Source: Candidatus Omnitrophota bacterium | GTDB lineage: Bacteria > Omnitrophota > Gorgyraeia > Gygaellales > Profunditerraquicolaceae | Length of the DNA stretch: 64,000 bases | Assembly: GCA_022710715.1 (NCBI GenBank) | Contig: JAKLGJ010000001.1 | Location: 298,041 to 362,040 of the forward strand | Direction: 5' to 3' | In this document: piece after piece, positions 8,729 to 19,930 of the stretch | How positions within the stretch are numbered: position 1 is the first letter of the stretch | Layout: each line of letters begins with the position of its first letter | The notes under the pieces: model-generated | Told to the model about the DNA's origin: nothing | Database searches by the model: none | Seen by the model: the letters and a program-made list of their open reading frames with translations, nothing else | Made by a program: the position numbers and the translations under genes

Positions 8729-9655
8729 ATGCCTTGTGCGATTTCCACCTCCTGGAATGCGTTCCGGCATACCGACGGCGAACAACTCATCCGCGAACTG
8801 CAAGAGCTGGGATTCACCGCTGTAGAGTTGAGCTTCAATCTGACATCCGAGATGGTTGCCGCGATAGAGCGGCTGGTCGCCCGACAGGTTATTTCCGTTT
8901 GCAGTCTGCATAATTTCTGCCCGATTCCGGAAGGGGTCCCGCGCCACGAAGCGCTGCCCGATTATTATTCTCTTGCGTCACTCGATACCGAAGAACGCTT
9001 ACGCGCCGTTAAACAAACCAAGCTGACTATCGATGCTGCCTGTCGCATAGGCGCTCGCGCGGTGGTCATTCACAGCGGACGCGTGGAGATACAGGATCGG
9101 ACCAGGGCGTTATGCGAGCTCTATACCCGGGGAGGAACGCAGACCCGGCAATTCCAGGATTTAAGGGATGAAATGCGCCGCGAGCGCGCGCAACTCAAGC
9201 AGTCGTTCCTGGACAGCGCTTTGCGCAGCCTGGATGAGCTCAATGCCTATGCCTGTCAGCGTAGAATGAACCTGGGTATCGAAACCCGGTTCTATTACCG
9301 GGAGATCCCTTTTCTGGATGAAGTGGGGATGATCCTGGATGCGTTCAAGGATTCGCGGGTGTTTTACTGGCATGATACCGGCCATGCGCAATTGATGGAG
9401 CATCTCGGGTTGATTGACCGCCAGGAAACGTATCTTGACCGCTACGCTCAAAGGCTCCTGGGCATGCATCTGCACGATATTCGCGGTTGTGCCGATCATC
9501 AGCCGCCGCCCGGCGGAGATATTGATTTTAAACGCTTTCGCCCGTATCTGAACCACCAAACGTTGAAGGTCATCGAAGTGCATCATCCTGCTACAGCCGT
9601 TCAGGTCCAGCAAAGCAAACGGTATGTGGAGGAGGTATTCGATGGAACGGTTTAA
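8729..9655 (+). CDS. Sugar phosphate isomerase/epimerase (xylose-isomerase-like TIM barrel, AP endonuclease family 2 fold)
   Basis: General TIM-barrel family pattern (ELSFNLT, VVIHSG, WHDTGHAQL, LHLHD). The 3' end overlaps the downstream MEMO1 gene. Confidence 0.55.
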   Translation: MPCAISTSWNAFRHTDGEQLIRELQELGFTAVELSFNLTSEMVAAIERLVARQVISVCSLHNFCPIPEGVPRHEALPDYYSLASLDTEERLRAVKQTKLTIDAACRIGARAVVIHSGRVEIQDRTRALCELYTRGGTQTRQFQDLRDEMRRERAQLKQSFLDSALRSLDELNAYACQRRMNLGIETRFYYREIPFLDEVGMILDAFKDSRVFYWHDTGHAQLMEHLGLIDRQETYLDRYAQRLLGMHLHDIRGCADHQPPPGGDIDFKRFRPYLNHQTLKVIEVHHPATAVQVQQSKRYVEEVFDGTV

Positions 9656-10469
9656 TATCAGAAAAGCCGCCGTCGCCGGACAGTTTTATCCCGCAAGCGC
9701 CGAGAGCATTCGCAAGCAGATCGAAGAGTGGAGAATCCTTCCCGGCAAAAAAAGCCCGGTTATCGGTTGCATGTTGCCGCATGCCGGTTACATGTATTCC
9801 GGCAAGGTGGCGGCGCAGACCCTGGCCCATATCGATCTCGATCAGGTCAAGACCGTGGTGTTGATGGGGCCTAACCATACCGGTTACGGAGTGCCGTTCA
9901 GCATCATGGCGGAAGGCATCTGGACGACACCTCTGGGGCAGGTTGAGATCGATAACGCTCTGGCGCTGGAGATACTCAAGGGAAGCGAATATTTCGAAAC
10001 AGACAGTATGGCCCACGCCTATGAGCATTCCCTGGAAGTCGAGCTGCCGCTGCTGCAGTTCTTCAAAAACGCATTCCAGATCGTGCCGATCGTGTTCGGA
10101 TCGGATGATCTCAAAGCCTTGCAATCGACCGGCCAGGCGATCGCCGCGGCGATCGAGCGGCTGAAATTGCGGGGAACGGTTCTGTTGGCAGCGAGTTCGG
10201 ATATGACGCATTATGAACCGGCCCAGCAGGCAAAGCGGAAAGACCAGCTGGCTTTACAGCAGATCATGCAGCTTGACGAGCAGGGATTATTGGAAAAAGT
10301 CCGCAGTTTCGATATTTCCATGTGCGGGTACGCTCCGGTGATCTCCATGCTTGCGGCGGCTAAGGCCTTAGGCGCGCATAAGGCACAAGTGATAACCTAT
10401 TCAACCAGCGGTGACGTCACCGGCGATGACTCCAGTGTGGTGGGGTATGCCGGCGTGCTCATCTATTAG
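9642..10469 (+). CDS. MEMO1-family protein (second AmmeMemoRadiSam protein-B-like paralog, with no signal peptide)
   Basis: AGQFYPASAESIRKQI...GCMLPHAGYMYSGKVAAQTL, colinear with the N-half of the fusion at 4199..5668. An in-frame ATG 18 nt upstream (9624) is an alternative start. Confidence 0.7.
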   Translation: MERFNIRKAAVAGQFYPASAESIRKQIEEWRILPGKKSPVIGCMLPHAGYMYSGKVAAQTLAHIDLDQVKTVVLMGPNHTGYGVPFSIMAEGIWTTPLGQVEIDNALALEILKGSEYFETDSMAHAYEHSLEVELPLLQFFKNAFQIVPIVFGSDDLKALQSTGQAIAAAIERLKLRGTVLLAASSDMTHYEPAQQAKRKDQLALQQIMQLDEQGLLEKVRSFDISMCGYAPVISMLAAAKALGAHKAQVITYSTSGDVTGDDSSVVGYAGVLIY

Positions 10470-10474
10470 ACGAC

Positions 10475-10840
10475 ATGGACGAAAAAGACAAGAAGGTCGA
10501 TAACGACTGGAAAGAAAAAGTAGCGAAAGAAAAAACAGCCGAACCGCAGTCCGACGTTACGCCGGATCAGGAAGGCGGCCTGCCGGAACAGCCTGATTTC
10601 AGTTTTTTTGTCAGTTCTCTGGCTTTGCAGGCGTCCATAGCCATGGGAGTGATGCCCAATCCTATGACCAACAAGAAAGAGGAGAATATCCCGCAGGCCC
10701 GGTTACTGGTCGATACCCTGGCGATGCTCAAGGAAAAGACCCACGGCAATTTGAGCAGCGAAGAAGACAGCCTGCTGGAGAATCTGCTCTATGAATTGCG
10801 CATGCAGTATGTAGCCAAGACCAAAGGAGGCAGTTCATGA
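10475..10840 (+). CDS. DUF1844-family small acidic protein
   Basis: Composition and motifs (FFVSSLALQASIAMG...NKKEENI...LRMQYV) resemble DUF1844. Confidence 0.45.
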   Translation: MDEKDKKVDNDWKEKVAKEKTAEPQSDVTPDQEGGLPEQPDFSFFVSSLALQASIAMGVMPNPMTNKKEENIPQARLLVDTLAMLKEKTHGNLSSEEDSLLENLLYELRMQYVAKTKGGSS

Positions 10841-10988
10841 TCGATAAGGAACTCCTTGATATTCTGGCCTGTCCCGCCTGCAAGGGGGGGGTTGAGCTCA
10901 AAGACGAAAAGATCGTCTGCAAGAAGTGCGGCAAGAAATATCCGGTGCGTGACGGTATCCCGGTCATGCTTATCGATGAAGCCGAATA
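10837..10988 (+). CDS. Trm112-family small zinc-ribbon protein (DUF343). This ORF is absent from the supplied ORF track because it is only 50 aa.
   Basis: [50 protein letters not shown]. Its ATG overlaps the upstream stop as ATGA. Confidence 0.65.
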
Positions 10989-11002
10989 ATCCCGCAAAGC
11001 GT

Positions 11003-11437
11003 ATGAAGAAAATACTGGTTATTCATGGGCCGAACCTGCAGCTTCTGGGTCAGCGCGAACCCGGGGTGTACGGCACGGTAACGCTGGCGCAGATCAACGC
11101 GCAGCTCAAGAAGCTGGCCGCGAAGAAGAAAGTCCGGTTAACCATCCTGCAATCGAATATCGAGGGCGCGCTGGTGGACGCTCTTGGCAAGAGCAAAGGC
11201 AGGTTCGACGGTATTTTGATCAATCCCGCAGCGTATACCCATACCAGCGTAGCCATCAGGGACGCCATAGCCGCATGCGGCGTTCCTGCAATAGAAGTCC
11301 ATCTTTCCAATACCCACGCCAGGGAGCAGTTCCGTCATATCTCTTTGATCAGTCCGGTAGCGAGAGGCACGATTATGGGATTCGGCCCGCAGAGCTACTA
11401 TCTTGGCCTGGAAGCGCTCATAGGCATTCTTTCTTAA
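11003..11437 (+). CDS. aroQ: Type II 3-dehydroquinate dehydratase
   Basis: [24 protein letters not shown]...[13 protein letters not shown]. The ORF track's 5' extension (10856) crosses the Trm112 gene in another frame and is unlikely to be real. Confidence 0.8.
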   Translation: MKKILVIHGPNLQLLGQREPGVYGTVTLAQINAQLKKLAAKKKVRLTILQSNIEGALVDALGKSKGRFDGILINPAAYTHTSVAIRDAIAACGVPAIEVHLSNTHAREQFRHISLISPVARGTIMGFGPQSYYLGLEALIGILS

Positions 11438-11449
11438 TCTTTTTTCTTC

Positions 11450-12505
11450 ATGAATAAACGCATTCAACAGGTTCTGGCGAGCTTAAAGAAACAAAAGATC
11501 GACGCCGCATTTTTTTCGTCCGCACCCGCTGTTTCTTATCTGACCGGTTACAAGAGCCGGGATTCGTATTTGCTGGTTTCCCGGCAGCAGCAGCTGTATA
11601 TGACCGACAGCCGGTATACTGCGGAAGCCCGGCAGCATCTCAAAGGTTTTACCGTGGAGCAGGTCCGGGAATCCGGACTGTCCAGTCTGGCGCTGACCTG
11701 CGCCAGGTTGAAATTCAAGACCCTGGGGTTTGAAAACCGCTCTTTGAGTTACGCGGATTACCAGAGAATGAAGGAAAAGCTTCCCCCGGATCTGGTAGTA
11801 ACCGGCATATCCGGGGTGGTAGAGCAGTTGCGTCAGATCAAAAGCCCGGCAGAATTGAGAATAATACGTCAGGCCACCCGGATCACCCTGGAAGCCTATT
11901 CCTATATAAAGCAATTCATCCGGCCGGGAATACGGGAGATTGAGCTGGCCGGGGAGCTGGAGCGTTTTATCCGTTATCATGGGGCAGCCTGCGCTTCTTT
12001 CGATATTATTGTGGCTTCCGGCCCCAATTCCAGCTTTCCGCACCACCTGACTTCCGCGCGCAGGGTGGAGGCGGATGAACCGGTAATGATCGATATGGGC
12101 GTTGAGGTGGATGGCTATAAATCTGACTTGACAAGGGTTTTCTTCTCCGGTAAAATAAAAACTCTTGCTAACCGGTTGTATTCTGTGGTGCTTACAGCCC
12201 AGCAAAAAGCCATTGCCCGGGTTAAACCGGGTGTCGCGCTTCAGGATATCGACCAGGCTGCCCGTCACTATCTGGATAGCCGGGGAGTGGGAAAATATTT
12301 TCTACATAGCCTGGGGCACGGGGTGGGGTTGGAAGTACATGAGCAGCCTTATGTGAACTGCCGGGCCCGGGGAGTGTTGAAGCCGGGAATGGTGTTCACC
12401 GTGGAGCCGGCAGTGTACCTGCCGGGCAAGTTCGGGATTCGTATCGAAGATATGGTTGTGGTAACCAGGAAAGGATGTGAGGTGATCAGTGGCTCTGTCA
12501 ATTAA
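11450..12505 (+). CDS. Xaa-Pro aminopeptidase (M24 family)
   Basis: Creatinase-like N-terminal domain plus the M24 pita-bread metal-binding motifs ([13 protein letters not shown]). Confidence 0.75.
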   Translation: MNKRIQQVLASLKKQKIDAAFFSSAPAVSYLTGYKSRDSYLLVSRQQQLYMTDSRYTAEARQHLKGFTVEQVRESGLSSLALTCARLKFKTLGFENRSLSYADYQRMKEKLPPDLVVTGISGVVEQLRQIKSPAELRIIRQATRITLEAYSYIKQFIRPGIREIELAGELERFIRYHGAACASFDIIVASGPNSSFPHHLTSARRVEADEPVMIDMGVEVDGYKSDLTRVFFSGKIKTLANRLYSVVLTAQQKAIARVKPGVALQDIDQAARHYLDSRGVGKYFLHSLGHGVGLEVHEQPYVNCRARGVLKPGMVFTVEPAVYLPGKFGIRIEDMVVVTRKGCEVISGSVN

Positions 12506-13052
12506 CGATTTAAAGAACGGATTAACTATTCTTGTTGAAGGTGAAGCGTGGATGGTCATCGATTCACAGTTCGTCAAACCCGGCAAGGGGGCGGCGTTTA
12601 CCCGTTGCCGTTTGCGCAATATGAAGACCGGCAATGTGCTCGACCGCACTTTCCGCGGCGATGAGCGTATTGACGAAGCATACATAGAGGAATCCAAGCT
12701 GCAGTATCTGTATAAATCCGGGGAAATGTATTATTTCATGGATCAGGAGAACTACGAAGAAAAACCTATCCCCGCAAGCGTTTTGGGAGATAAAGTGAAA
12801 TTCCTCAAGGATAACATGGACGCGGTAGCATTGTCTTACAAGGATGAGGTTTTGACCGTCAATCTTCCCAATTTCGTGGTGTATACCATTACCCACACCG
12901 AACCCGGGATCAAAGGCGATACCGCTAAGAGCGGGACCAAGCCGGCGACCATTGAATCGGGCGCGACCATTCAGGTTCCCCTGTTTGTCGATGAGGGCGA
13001 GAAGATCAAGGTTGATACCCGCACCGGCAGTTACGTAGAACGCGCCAATTAA
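12489..13052 (+). CDS. efp: Elongation factor P
   Basis: [23 protein letters not shown]...[21 protein letters not shown]. Confidence 0.85.
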   Translation: MALSINDLKNGLTILVEGEAWMVIDSQFVKPGKGAAFTRCRLRNMKTGNVLDRTFRGDERIDEAYIEESKLQYLYKSGEMYYFMDQENYEEKPIPASVLGDKVKFLKDNMDAVALSYKDEVLTVNLPNFVVYTITHTEPGIKGDTAKSGTKPATIESGATIQVPLFVDEGEKIKVDTRTGSYVERAN

Positions 13053-13093
13053 GCATTAAGCGCCGACGCTTTGTCAACAGGAGGTTATGAAGA

Positions 13094-13552
13094 GTGAATA
13101 TCAAAGAAATCAAAGAAATGCTCGCGTTGATGAACGAGAACAGCCTGGTGGAGCTGGAGATCGAGAAAGACGGCATGCGTATCCGGCTCAAGAAAGGCAC
13201 TTCCGCCGGCGAGCAGCAATATAATACTCCGATCGTGATCGAGCGGTCGAATGTTTCCGCTCCGGCGCAGAGAGAGAGCGCTTCGGTCGCTGCGGAGAAG
13301 CCCGTTTCCAGGACCGTCGAGATCAAAGCGCCTATGGTCGGTACTTTCTACCGCGCGCCCGCGCCCGAAGCTCCTCCGTACGTGGAAGTCGGCCAGACCA
13401 TTGAACCCGGACAGGTCGTCTGTATCATCGAAGCCATGAAGTTAATGAACGAGATCAAATCTGAAATCCGCGGCAAGGTGGTGGAAATCCTCGTTGACAA
13501 CGCGGAGCCGGTAGAATTCGGCCAGTCCATGTTTATCATAGAGCCTCTCTAA
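13094..13552 (+). CDS. accB: Acetyl-CoA carboxylase biotin carboxyl carrier protein
   Basis: Biotinyl-lysine motif [12 protein letters not shown] start. Confidence 0.8.
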   Translation: MNIKEIKEMLALMNENSLVELEIEKDGMRIRLKKGTSAGEQQYNTPIVIERSNVSAPAQRESASVAAEKPVSRTVEIKAPMVGTFYRAPAPEAPPYVEVGQTIEPGQVVCIIEAMKLMNEIKSEIRGKVVEILVDNAEPVEFGQSMFIIEPL

Positions 13553-13554
13553 CT

Positions 13555-14922
<1,368 letters not shown>

Positions 14923-14947
14923 CAAAGCGTGAAAGGAGCCAGAGATC

Positions 14948-15310
14948 GTGATGACGAGAGACGAATCACGCACTGAATTAGGCGCAGTCAAGATTTACAA
15001 GAGCGCCATTGCTTCGGTGGTCGATATTGCGGCCAACGAGATCGCCGGAGTCAAAGGAGTCGGAACCACGTTTTTTTCCCGCCTGATGCTCTTCTTCGGC
15101 AAAGAACACACCGAAATCAAGGTCACCATCGATCCCCGTTTTGAAATTTCGATCGATGTGCCGCTGGTTATTAAATACGGCTATAACGTGCCGGAAGTCT
15201 GCATCCGGGTCCAGGAAAATATCCGGGTCGCTTTAGAGAAAACCACCAATCTTTCGGTCAAAACCATTGATGTCCATGTTCAGGGAATCGCAAAGGAGGC
15301 GGACAAATGA
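14948..15310 (+). CDS. Asp23/Gls24-family alkaline shock protein
   Basis: Family-typical N-terminus (KIYKSAIASVVDIAANEIAGVKGV). Confidence 0.65.
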   Translation: MMTRDESRTELGAVKIYKSAIASVVDIAANEIAGVKGVGTTFFSRLMLFFGKEHTEIKVTIDPRFEISIDVPLVIKYGYNVPEVCIRVQENIRVALEKTTNLSVKTIDVHVQGIAKEADK

Positions 15311-15912
15311 GGATTTTCAATGTTCTGGGGATATTATTTTATGCGGGCATTCTGATCCTGATCGGGATCGGTATGATCGTTTTCGCTTTTAATCTCCTGC
15401 ATCCTCAAGACATTTTCTCGTTCCTGGAATATCTCCAGTCCACGATGAGCACGCGGGCCATACTCGGTCTGTCGGGGTTACTGCTGATCCTGATCAGCTA
15501 TTCGTTTGCCCAGCTTATCCTGGGAAGGATGGAGCGCGAGAAGACCATCGCTTTCAAGAATCCGTCCGGGGTGGTCACCATTTCCCTGTCCGCCATCGAA
15601 GGCTTGATCCAGCAATTCGTCAACTTCATGCCGGAGCTCAAGGAATTGCGTCCCGACGTGATCGCCAGCAAGAAAGGCATCATCGTCAATGTCAAGGTTT
15701 CTCTGCGCATGGAAGCCAATCTGCCGGAATTGACCGCACGCCTGCAGGAATTGATCAAGACCAAAGTGCAGGAAGTCCTGGGTACCGAAGAGCAGATTAT
15801 CATCCGCATTCATATTTCCAAGATCATTTCGCAGGAAGAGCGCGATAGACGCAAGAAAGAATCGATCAAAGAAGAACACACCATTCCGTATGGGGGATTC
15901 GGGAGGGTATAA
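15307..15912 (+). CDS. Membrane anchor protein for alkaline shock protein (AmaP-like)
   Basis: Two N-terminal TM helices followed by a soluble tail, translationally coupled to the Asp23 gene, as in asp23-amaP operons. Confidence 0.4.
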   Translation: MRIFNVLGILFYAGILILIGIGMIVFAFNLLHPQDIFSFLEYLQSTMSTRAILGLSGLLLILISYSFAQLILGRMEREKTIAFKNPSGVVTISLSAIEGLIQQFVNFMPELKELRPDVIASKKGIIVNVKVSLRMEANLPELTARLQELIKTKVQEVLGTEEQIIIRIHISKIISQEERDRRKKESIKEEHTIPYGGFGRV

Positions 15913-16020
15913 CCACACGAAAGCATCCCCGACAGATTTGACCGGTTACATCATCCGGATCAAATCAAACGTCGGAGTTTCGTCCTCGGCCTCCGGCCGA
16001 GAACTCAAGGAGAGACAGCT

Positions 16021-17064
16021 ATGGCAGCGCAAAAAGGAATGACGATAGGGATTCTGACCGGCGGCGGGGATTGTCCGGGATTGAACCCGGTGATCCGGGC
16101 AGTAGTCCGCAAAGCCGAAAAAGAAGGGATCAAAGTCCTGGGCATTCGTAACGGCTGGAAAGGCATGATCGAGAACGATACGTTCGAGTTGAATCTCGAT
16201 TCGGTTTCCGGCATCCTGCCCAAGGGCGGCACGATCCTGGGCACCAGCCGCACCAATCCGTACAAGAAAGAAGGCGCAGTGGATAAGGTCAGGGAGAATT
16301 ATAAGAAGATGGGTCTCTACGCCTTGGTGGCCACCGGCGGGGAAGATACGCTTGGCGTGGCCTCGAAGCTGGTCAAGGACGGAGTGGGGAATTTTGTGGG
16401 GGTACCCAAGACCATCGACAACGATCTCGCCTGCACGGATTATACGTTCGGTTTCGATACCGCGGTGAATATCGCGATGGAATGCATCGACAGACTGCAT
16501 ACCACCGCGGAGAGTCATCATCGTATTCTGGTCGCGGAGGTTATGGGCCGGCATGCCGGATGGATCGCCGTGGAAGCGGGGATCGCCGGCGGAGCGGATT
16601 ACATCCTCATGCCCGAAGAGGCGACAGACCTGGATGAAGTGTGCGAGAGCATCAAGCATCGCCACGCGCGCGGCAAGACCTTCAGCATCATCGTGGTCGC
16701 CGAAGGCGCCCAGTTAAAGAACCAGGATATCACCAAGGACAAGTCGCTGGATGAATTCGGCCACGTCAAACTCGGCGGCATCGGCGATTACGTCGCCAAG
16801 GAGATCGAGAAGCGCACCGGATTCGAAACCCGGGTGAGCGTGTTCGGTCATATTCAACGGGGCGGTTCTCCCACGGCCTTCGACCGCATTCTGGGCACCC
16901 GTTTCGGCGTCAAGGCGGTGGAATTGATCATGCAGAAGAAGTTCGGCCGTATGGTCGCGCTTTCCGGAAATGCCATCATCGACGTGCCGCTGGAAGACGC
17001 GGTCAAGGCTTTGAAAACCGTGGATAAAGAATGGTTCGATCTGGCCAGAGTTTTCTTCGGATAA
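16021..17064 (+). CDS. pfkA: 6-phosphofructokinase
   Basis: IGILTGGGDCPGLNPVIRAVV...TGGEDT...PKTIDNDL. Confidence 0.8.
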   Translation: MAAQKGMTIGILTGGGDCPGLNPVIRAVVRKAEKEGIKVLGIRNGWKGMIENDTFELNLDSVSGILPKGGTILGTSRTNPYKKEGAVDKVRENYKKMGLYALVATGGEDTLGVASKLVKDGVGNFVGVPKTIDNDLACTDYTFGFDTAVNIAMECIDRLHTTAESHHRILVAEVMGRHAGWIAVEAGIAGGADYILMPEEATDLDEVCESIKHRHARGKTFSIIVVAEGAQLKNQDITKDKSLDEFGHVKLGGIGDYVAKEIEKRTGFETRVSVFGHIQRGGSPTAFDRILGTRFGVKAVELIMQKKFGRMVALSGNAIIDVPLEDAVKALKTVDKEWFDLARVFFG

Positions 17065-17076
17065 GAGGATATCCCC

Positions 17077-17643
17077 ATGAGAGACAGGATAAAAGATATT
17101 TTGCTTGAGAACATCCGCATCAAAGAAGACATTATGCGCGACGGGATCGAGCGGATCATCGACATCACCGAGCTGATCCTGGCCGCGGAGCGCAAAGGCG
17201 GTAAAGTCATCCTCTTCGGCAACGGCGGGTCGGCCAGCGACAGCCAGCACATCGCCGCGGAATTGGTGGGTCGTTTCAAGAAAGACCGCAACGCCCTGGC
17301 CGCGATCGCTTTGACGGTGAATACTTCGATCATCACTTCTCTGGCCAATGATTACGGCTATGAAGTGATATTCGCCCGACAGATCGAGGCGCTGGGCCAG
17401 AAGAACGATATCGCCATCGGGATCTCCACCAGCGGCAAAGCCAGGAACGTTGCCGCCGGTATCAAACAGGCCAAAAAAATGGGCATCAGAACCGTGGCGC
17501 TGACCGGAGGCGACGGCGGCGAAGCGGCTAAACTCGCCGATATCGCGCTGATCGTTCCTTCGCTGGTGACCGCGCGGATACAGGAAGCGCATATTGCCAT
17601 CGGCCATATCATCTGCGAACTGGTGGAGCAGGAACTTTGTTAG
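17077..17643 (+). CDS. gmhA: Phosphoheptose isomerase (SIS domain)
   Basis: KVILFGNGGSASDSQHIAAEL. SIS fold. Confidence 0.7.
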   Translation: MRDRIKDILLENIRIKEDIMRDGIERIIDITELILAAERKGGKVILFGNGGSASDSQHIAAELVGRFKKDRNALAAIALTVNTSIITSLANDYGYEVIFARQIEALGQKNDIAIGISTSGKARNVAAGIKQAKKMGIRTVALTGGDGGEAAKLADIALIVPSLVTARIQEAHIAIGHIICELVEQELC

Positions 17644-18116
17644 CGTCCAAGATCAAGACTTTAGCGCAGCTGCGCGCGATCCGCGCCCGGTTGCAGCGAC
17701 AGGGCAAACGGGTCGTCTTTACCAACGGTTGTTTCGACCTGTTGCATTACGGTCACGTGCAGTACCTGGAAAAGGCACGGGCCAGGGGCGACGCCCTGAT
17801 CGTGGCGATCAACAGCGACGCTTCGGTGAGACGGTTAAAAGGGCCCGCACGTCCGGTAGTAACGCAGCGGTTTCGCGCTCGGGTTCTGGCGGCGCTGGAG
17901 GCGGTCGATTTCGTGGTGATCTTCAGTGAAGCGACCCCGTTCAAGGTCATACAGGCGTTGACACCGGACGTCCTGGTCAAAGGCGGGGACTGGAAGAAGA
18001 AAGATATCGTGGGATCCGATGTGGTGGAGGCTGCGGGCGGTAAAGTGTTTTCGATTCCTTTTGCCGCCGGGTTCTCGACCTCTGGTCTGATAAAAAAGAT
18101 TGCGCACGCACGTTAA
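17637..18116 (+). CDS. D-glycero-beta-D-manno-heptose 1-phosphate adenylyltransferase (RfaE domain II / HldE C-terminal-like cytidylyltransferase)
   Basis: VFTNGCFDLLHYGHVQYLEKAR...VAINSDASVRRLKG. Confidence 0.7.
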   Translation: MLASKIKTLAQLRAIRARLQRQGKRVVFTNGCFDLLHYGHVQYLEKARARGDALIVAINSDASVRRLKGPARPVVTQRFRARVLAALEAVDFVVIFSEATPFKVIQALTPDVLVKGGDWKKKDIVGSDVVEAAGGKVFSIPFAAGFSTSGLIKKIAHAR

Positions 18117-18528
18117 TACCAAAGCAGTTTACCGGATAATCGACGCCAACGTCAATCGCGCCAAAGAAGGTTTGCGCGTGTGCGAAGAGATCGCCAGGTT
18201 CATTCTGGCGGACCGCAGCCTGACCGCCGGTTTTAAGAACGTCAGGCACGGTATCGACGGGATCGTCGCCGGAATGCATCCCTACGCGGGGCTGGTGCTG
18301 TCCCGCAACAGCGCCGGGGATGTCGGTCGGCGTGTGCATACGGCGCGGGAGTTTTCCCGGAAGGATTTTAAGGATATTTTGTTCGCCAACATGCAGCGGG
18401 TCAAGGAATCCGTTCGGGTTCTGGAAGAATTTTCCAAACTGCAGGATGTTTCGGCAGCCGGCGCGTTTAAACAGTTGCGCTACCGGATGTACGAGGTGGA
18501 AAAGAAGGCCGCTGCCCGGCTGCTCTAA
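18100..18528 (+). CDS. Hypothetical 142-aa protein. It may be a thiamine-pathway accessory domain of the kind sometimes fused N-terminal to ThiE, but the assignment is tentative.
   Basis: ORF with the motif YRIIDANVNRAKEGLRVCEE. It lies directly upstream of thiC and overlaps the preceding gene by 17 nt. Confidence 0.3.
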   Translation: MRTHVNTKAVYRIIDANVNRAKEGLRVCEEIARFILADRSLTAGFKNVRHGIDGIVAGMHPYAGLVLSRNSAGDVGRRVHTAREFSRKDFKDILFANMQRVKESVRVLEEFSKLQDVSAAGAFKQLRYRMYEVEKKAAARLL

Positions 18529-18547
18529 AAGAAAGTCACTCATTGCG

Positions 18548-19837
18548 ATGACGCAATTTGAATACGCTCAAAAAGGGACTGTGACGTCATTGATGCGCGC
18601 AGTCGCCAAAAGGGAAGGTATCAGCGCCCGCACGCTTTGCCGTCTGCTCAAAGCGGGTACGGCAGTTATCCCGCACAACAATCGCCGCTCCATCAGTCAT
18701 CCCTGCGCCATCGGCGCCGGGCTTTCCGTAAAGATCAATGCCAATATCGGCACTTCCACCGATGAAACCGACCTTAAAGACGAATTGAAGAAGCTGGCAG
18801 TCGCCGTCAAATATGGCGCCGACGCGGTGATGGATTTAAGCGTGGGGGGAGACCTGCGCGCGATCAGGAGCAGGATACTGGCTGCTTCGCCTGTTCCGCT
18901 GGGGACGGTGCCGGTTTACGAAGTTGCGGTCAACGCCGATAAACGCGGCGGCGATTCTCTCGCGTTCGACTACCGGGACGTTCTGGCGGTGCTGGAAGCG
19001 CAGGCGCAGGCGGGTGTCGATTTTTTCACTATCCATGCCGGAGTGACCCGGGCCAGCGTGGCGACGTTGCGCAAACAGAAGCGCCTGCTGGGTATCGTGT
19101 CGCGCGGCGGGGCGATACTGGCCAGCTGGATGGCGCGCAACAAAAAAGAGAATCCTTTCTACGAATATTTCGACCGGGTGCTGGATATCGCTCAAGCCTA
19201 CGATGTCACTTTAAGCCTGGGCGACGGGCTGCGGCCGGGATCGATCTTTGACGCGACGGACAAGGGGCAACTGGCGGAGTTGAAGCTTCTGGGAGCGCTT
19301 ACCCTGCGCTGCCGTAAACGCGGGGTACAGGTAATGATCGAAGGTCCCGGGCACGTGCCGCTGGATCAGGTGGTCCGCAACATGGAACTGGAAAAGAAAT
19401 TCTGTCACGGCGCGCCGTTTTACGTGCTGGGCCCCCTGGTGACCGACGTTGCCGCCGGCTACGATCATATCGCCGGAGCGATCGGCGGCGCGCTGGCAGC
19501 CTGTCACGGCGCGGATTTCCTGTGTTACCTGACGCCGTCGGAGCATCTGCGCCATCCTTCGGTCGAAGATGTGCGCGAAGGAGTGATCGCTTCCCGCATT
19601 GCCGCGCACGCCGGGGATATCGTCAACAGGATTCCTGCTGCGCTGGCTTGGGACAGGAAGATGTCGATCGCCCGCAGTAAACGCGACTGGAAAACGCAGC
19701 TGCGTTTGTCCATCGACCCGGATAAGGCGCGGGCATACCGGGCGTCGTCACAGCCGCAGCAGTCCGATGTCTGCACGATGTGCGGTAAATATTGTTCGAT
19801 TAAATTAATGGAATGTGCGGGCGTAGTTCATCGGTAG
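18548..19837 (+). CDS. thiC: Phosphomethylpyrimidine synthase ThiC
   Basis: MTQFEYAQKGTVT... with C-terminal CTMCGKYCSIKLMEC. The 5' extension to 18320 in the ORF track overlaps the previous gene and is unlikely. Confidence 0.85.
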   Translation: MTQFEYAQKGTVTSLMRAVAKREGISARTLCRLLKAGTAVIPHNNRRSISHPCAIGAGLSVKINANIGTSTDETDLKDELKKLAVAVKYGADAVMDLSVGGDLRAIRSRILAASPVPLGTVPVYEVAVNADKRGGDSLAFDYRDVLAVLEAQAQAGVDFFTIHAGVTRASVATLRKQKRLLGIVSRGGAILASWMARNKKENPFYEYFDRVLDIAQAYDVTLSLGDGLRPGSIFDATDKGQLAELKLLGALTLRCRKRGVQVMIEGPGHVPLDQVVRNMELEKKFCHGAPFYVLGPLVTDVAAGYDHIAGAIGGALAACHGADFLCYLTPSEHLRHPSVEDVREGVIASRIAAHAGDIVNRIPAALAWDRKMSIARSKRDWKTQLRLSIDPDKARAYRASSQPQQSDVCTMCGKYCSIKLMECAGVVHR

Positions 19838-19887
19838 AACACCAGCTTCCCAAGCTGGATAGGCGGGTTCAATTCCCGCCGCCCGCT
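19817..19887 (+). tRNA. tRNA-Gly (anticodon CCC)
   Basis: Hand-folded cloverleaf. Acceptor GCGGGCG/CGCCCGC, D stem GTTC/GAAC, anticodon stem CCAGC/GCTGG with loop TTCCCAA, T stem GCGGG/CCCGC, T loop TTCAATT, discriminator T. Confidence 0.85.
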
Positions 19888-19930
19888 TTTTGATTGGAAC
19901 GGAGAGAATACGAAACCTTCAGTTCAGGCA

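Noticed and set aside
8439-8947. Small reverse-strand ORFs around rpsU (8439..8675, 8620..8838, 8678..8947)
   Set aside because: They overlap the strongly supported S21 gene and the isomerase gene on the opposite strand, and have no RBS or motifs.
10856-11002. 5' extension of the aroQ ORF ([12 protein letters not shown]...)
   Set aside because: It overlaps the well-supported Trm112 gene in a different frame and is Arg/Ser-rich. The conserved AroQ N-terminus begins at [11 protein letters not shown].
17600-18550. TPP riboswitch upstream of thiC
   Set aside because: No THI-box consensus was recognisable by eye. The interval is occupied by coding sequence. This is flagged for a covariance-model check rather than annotated.
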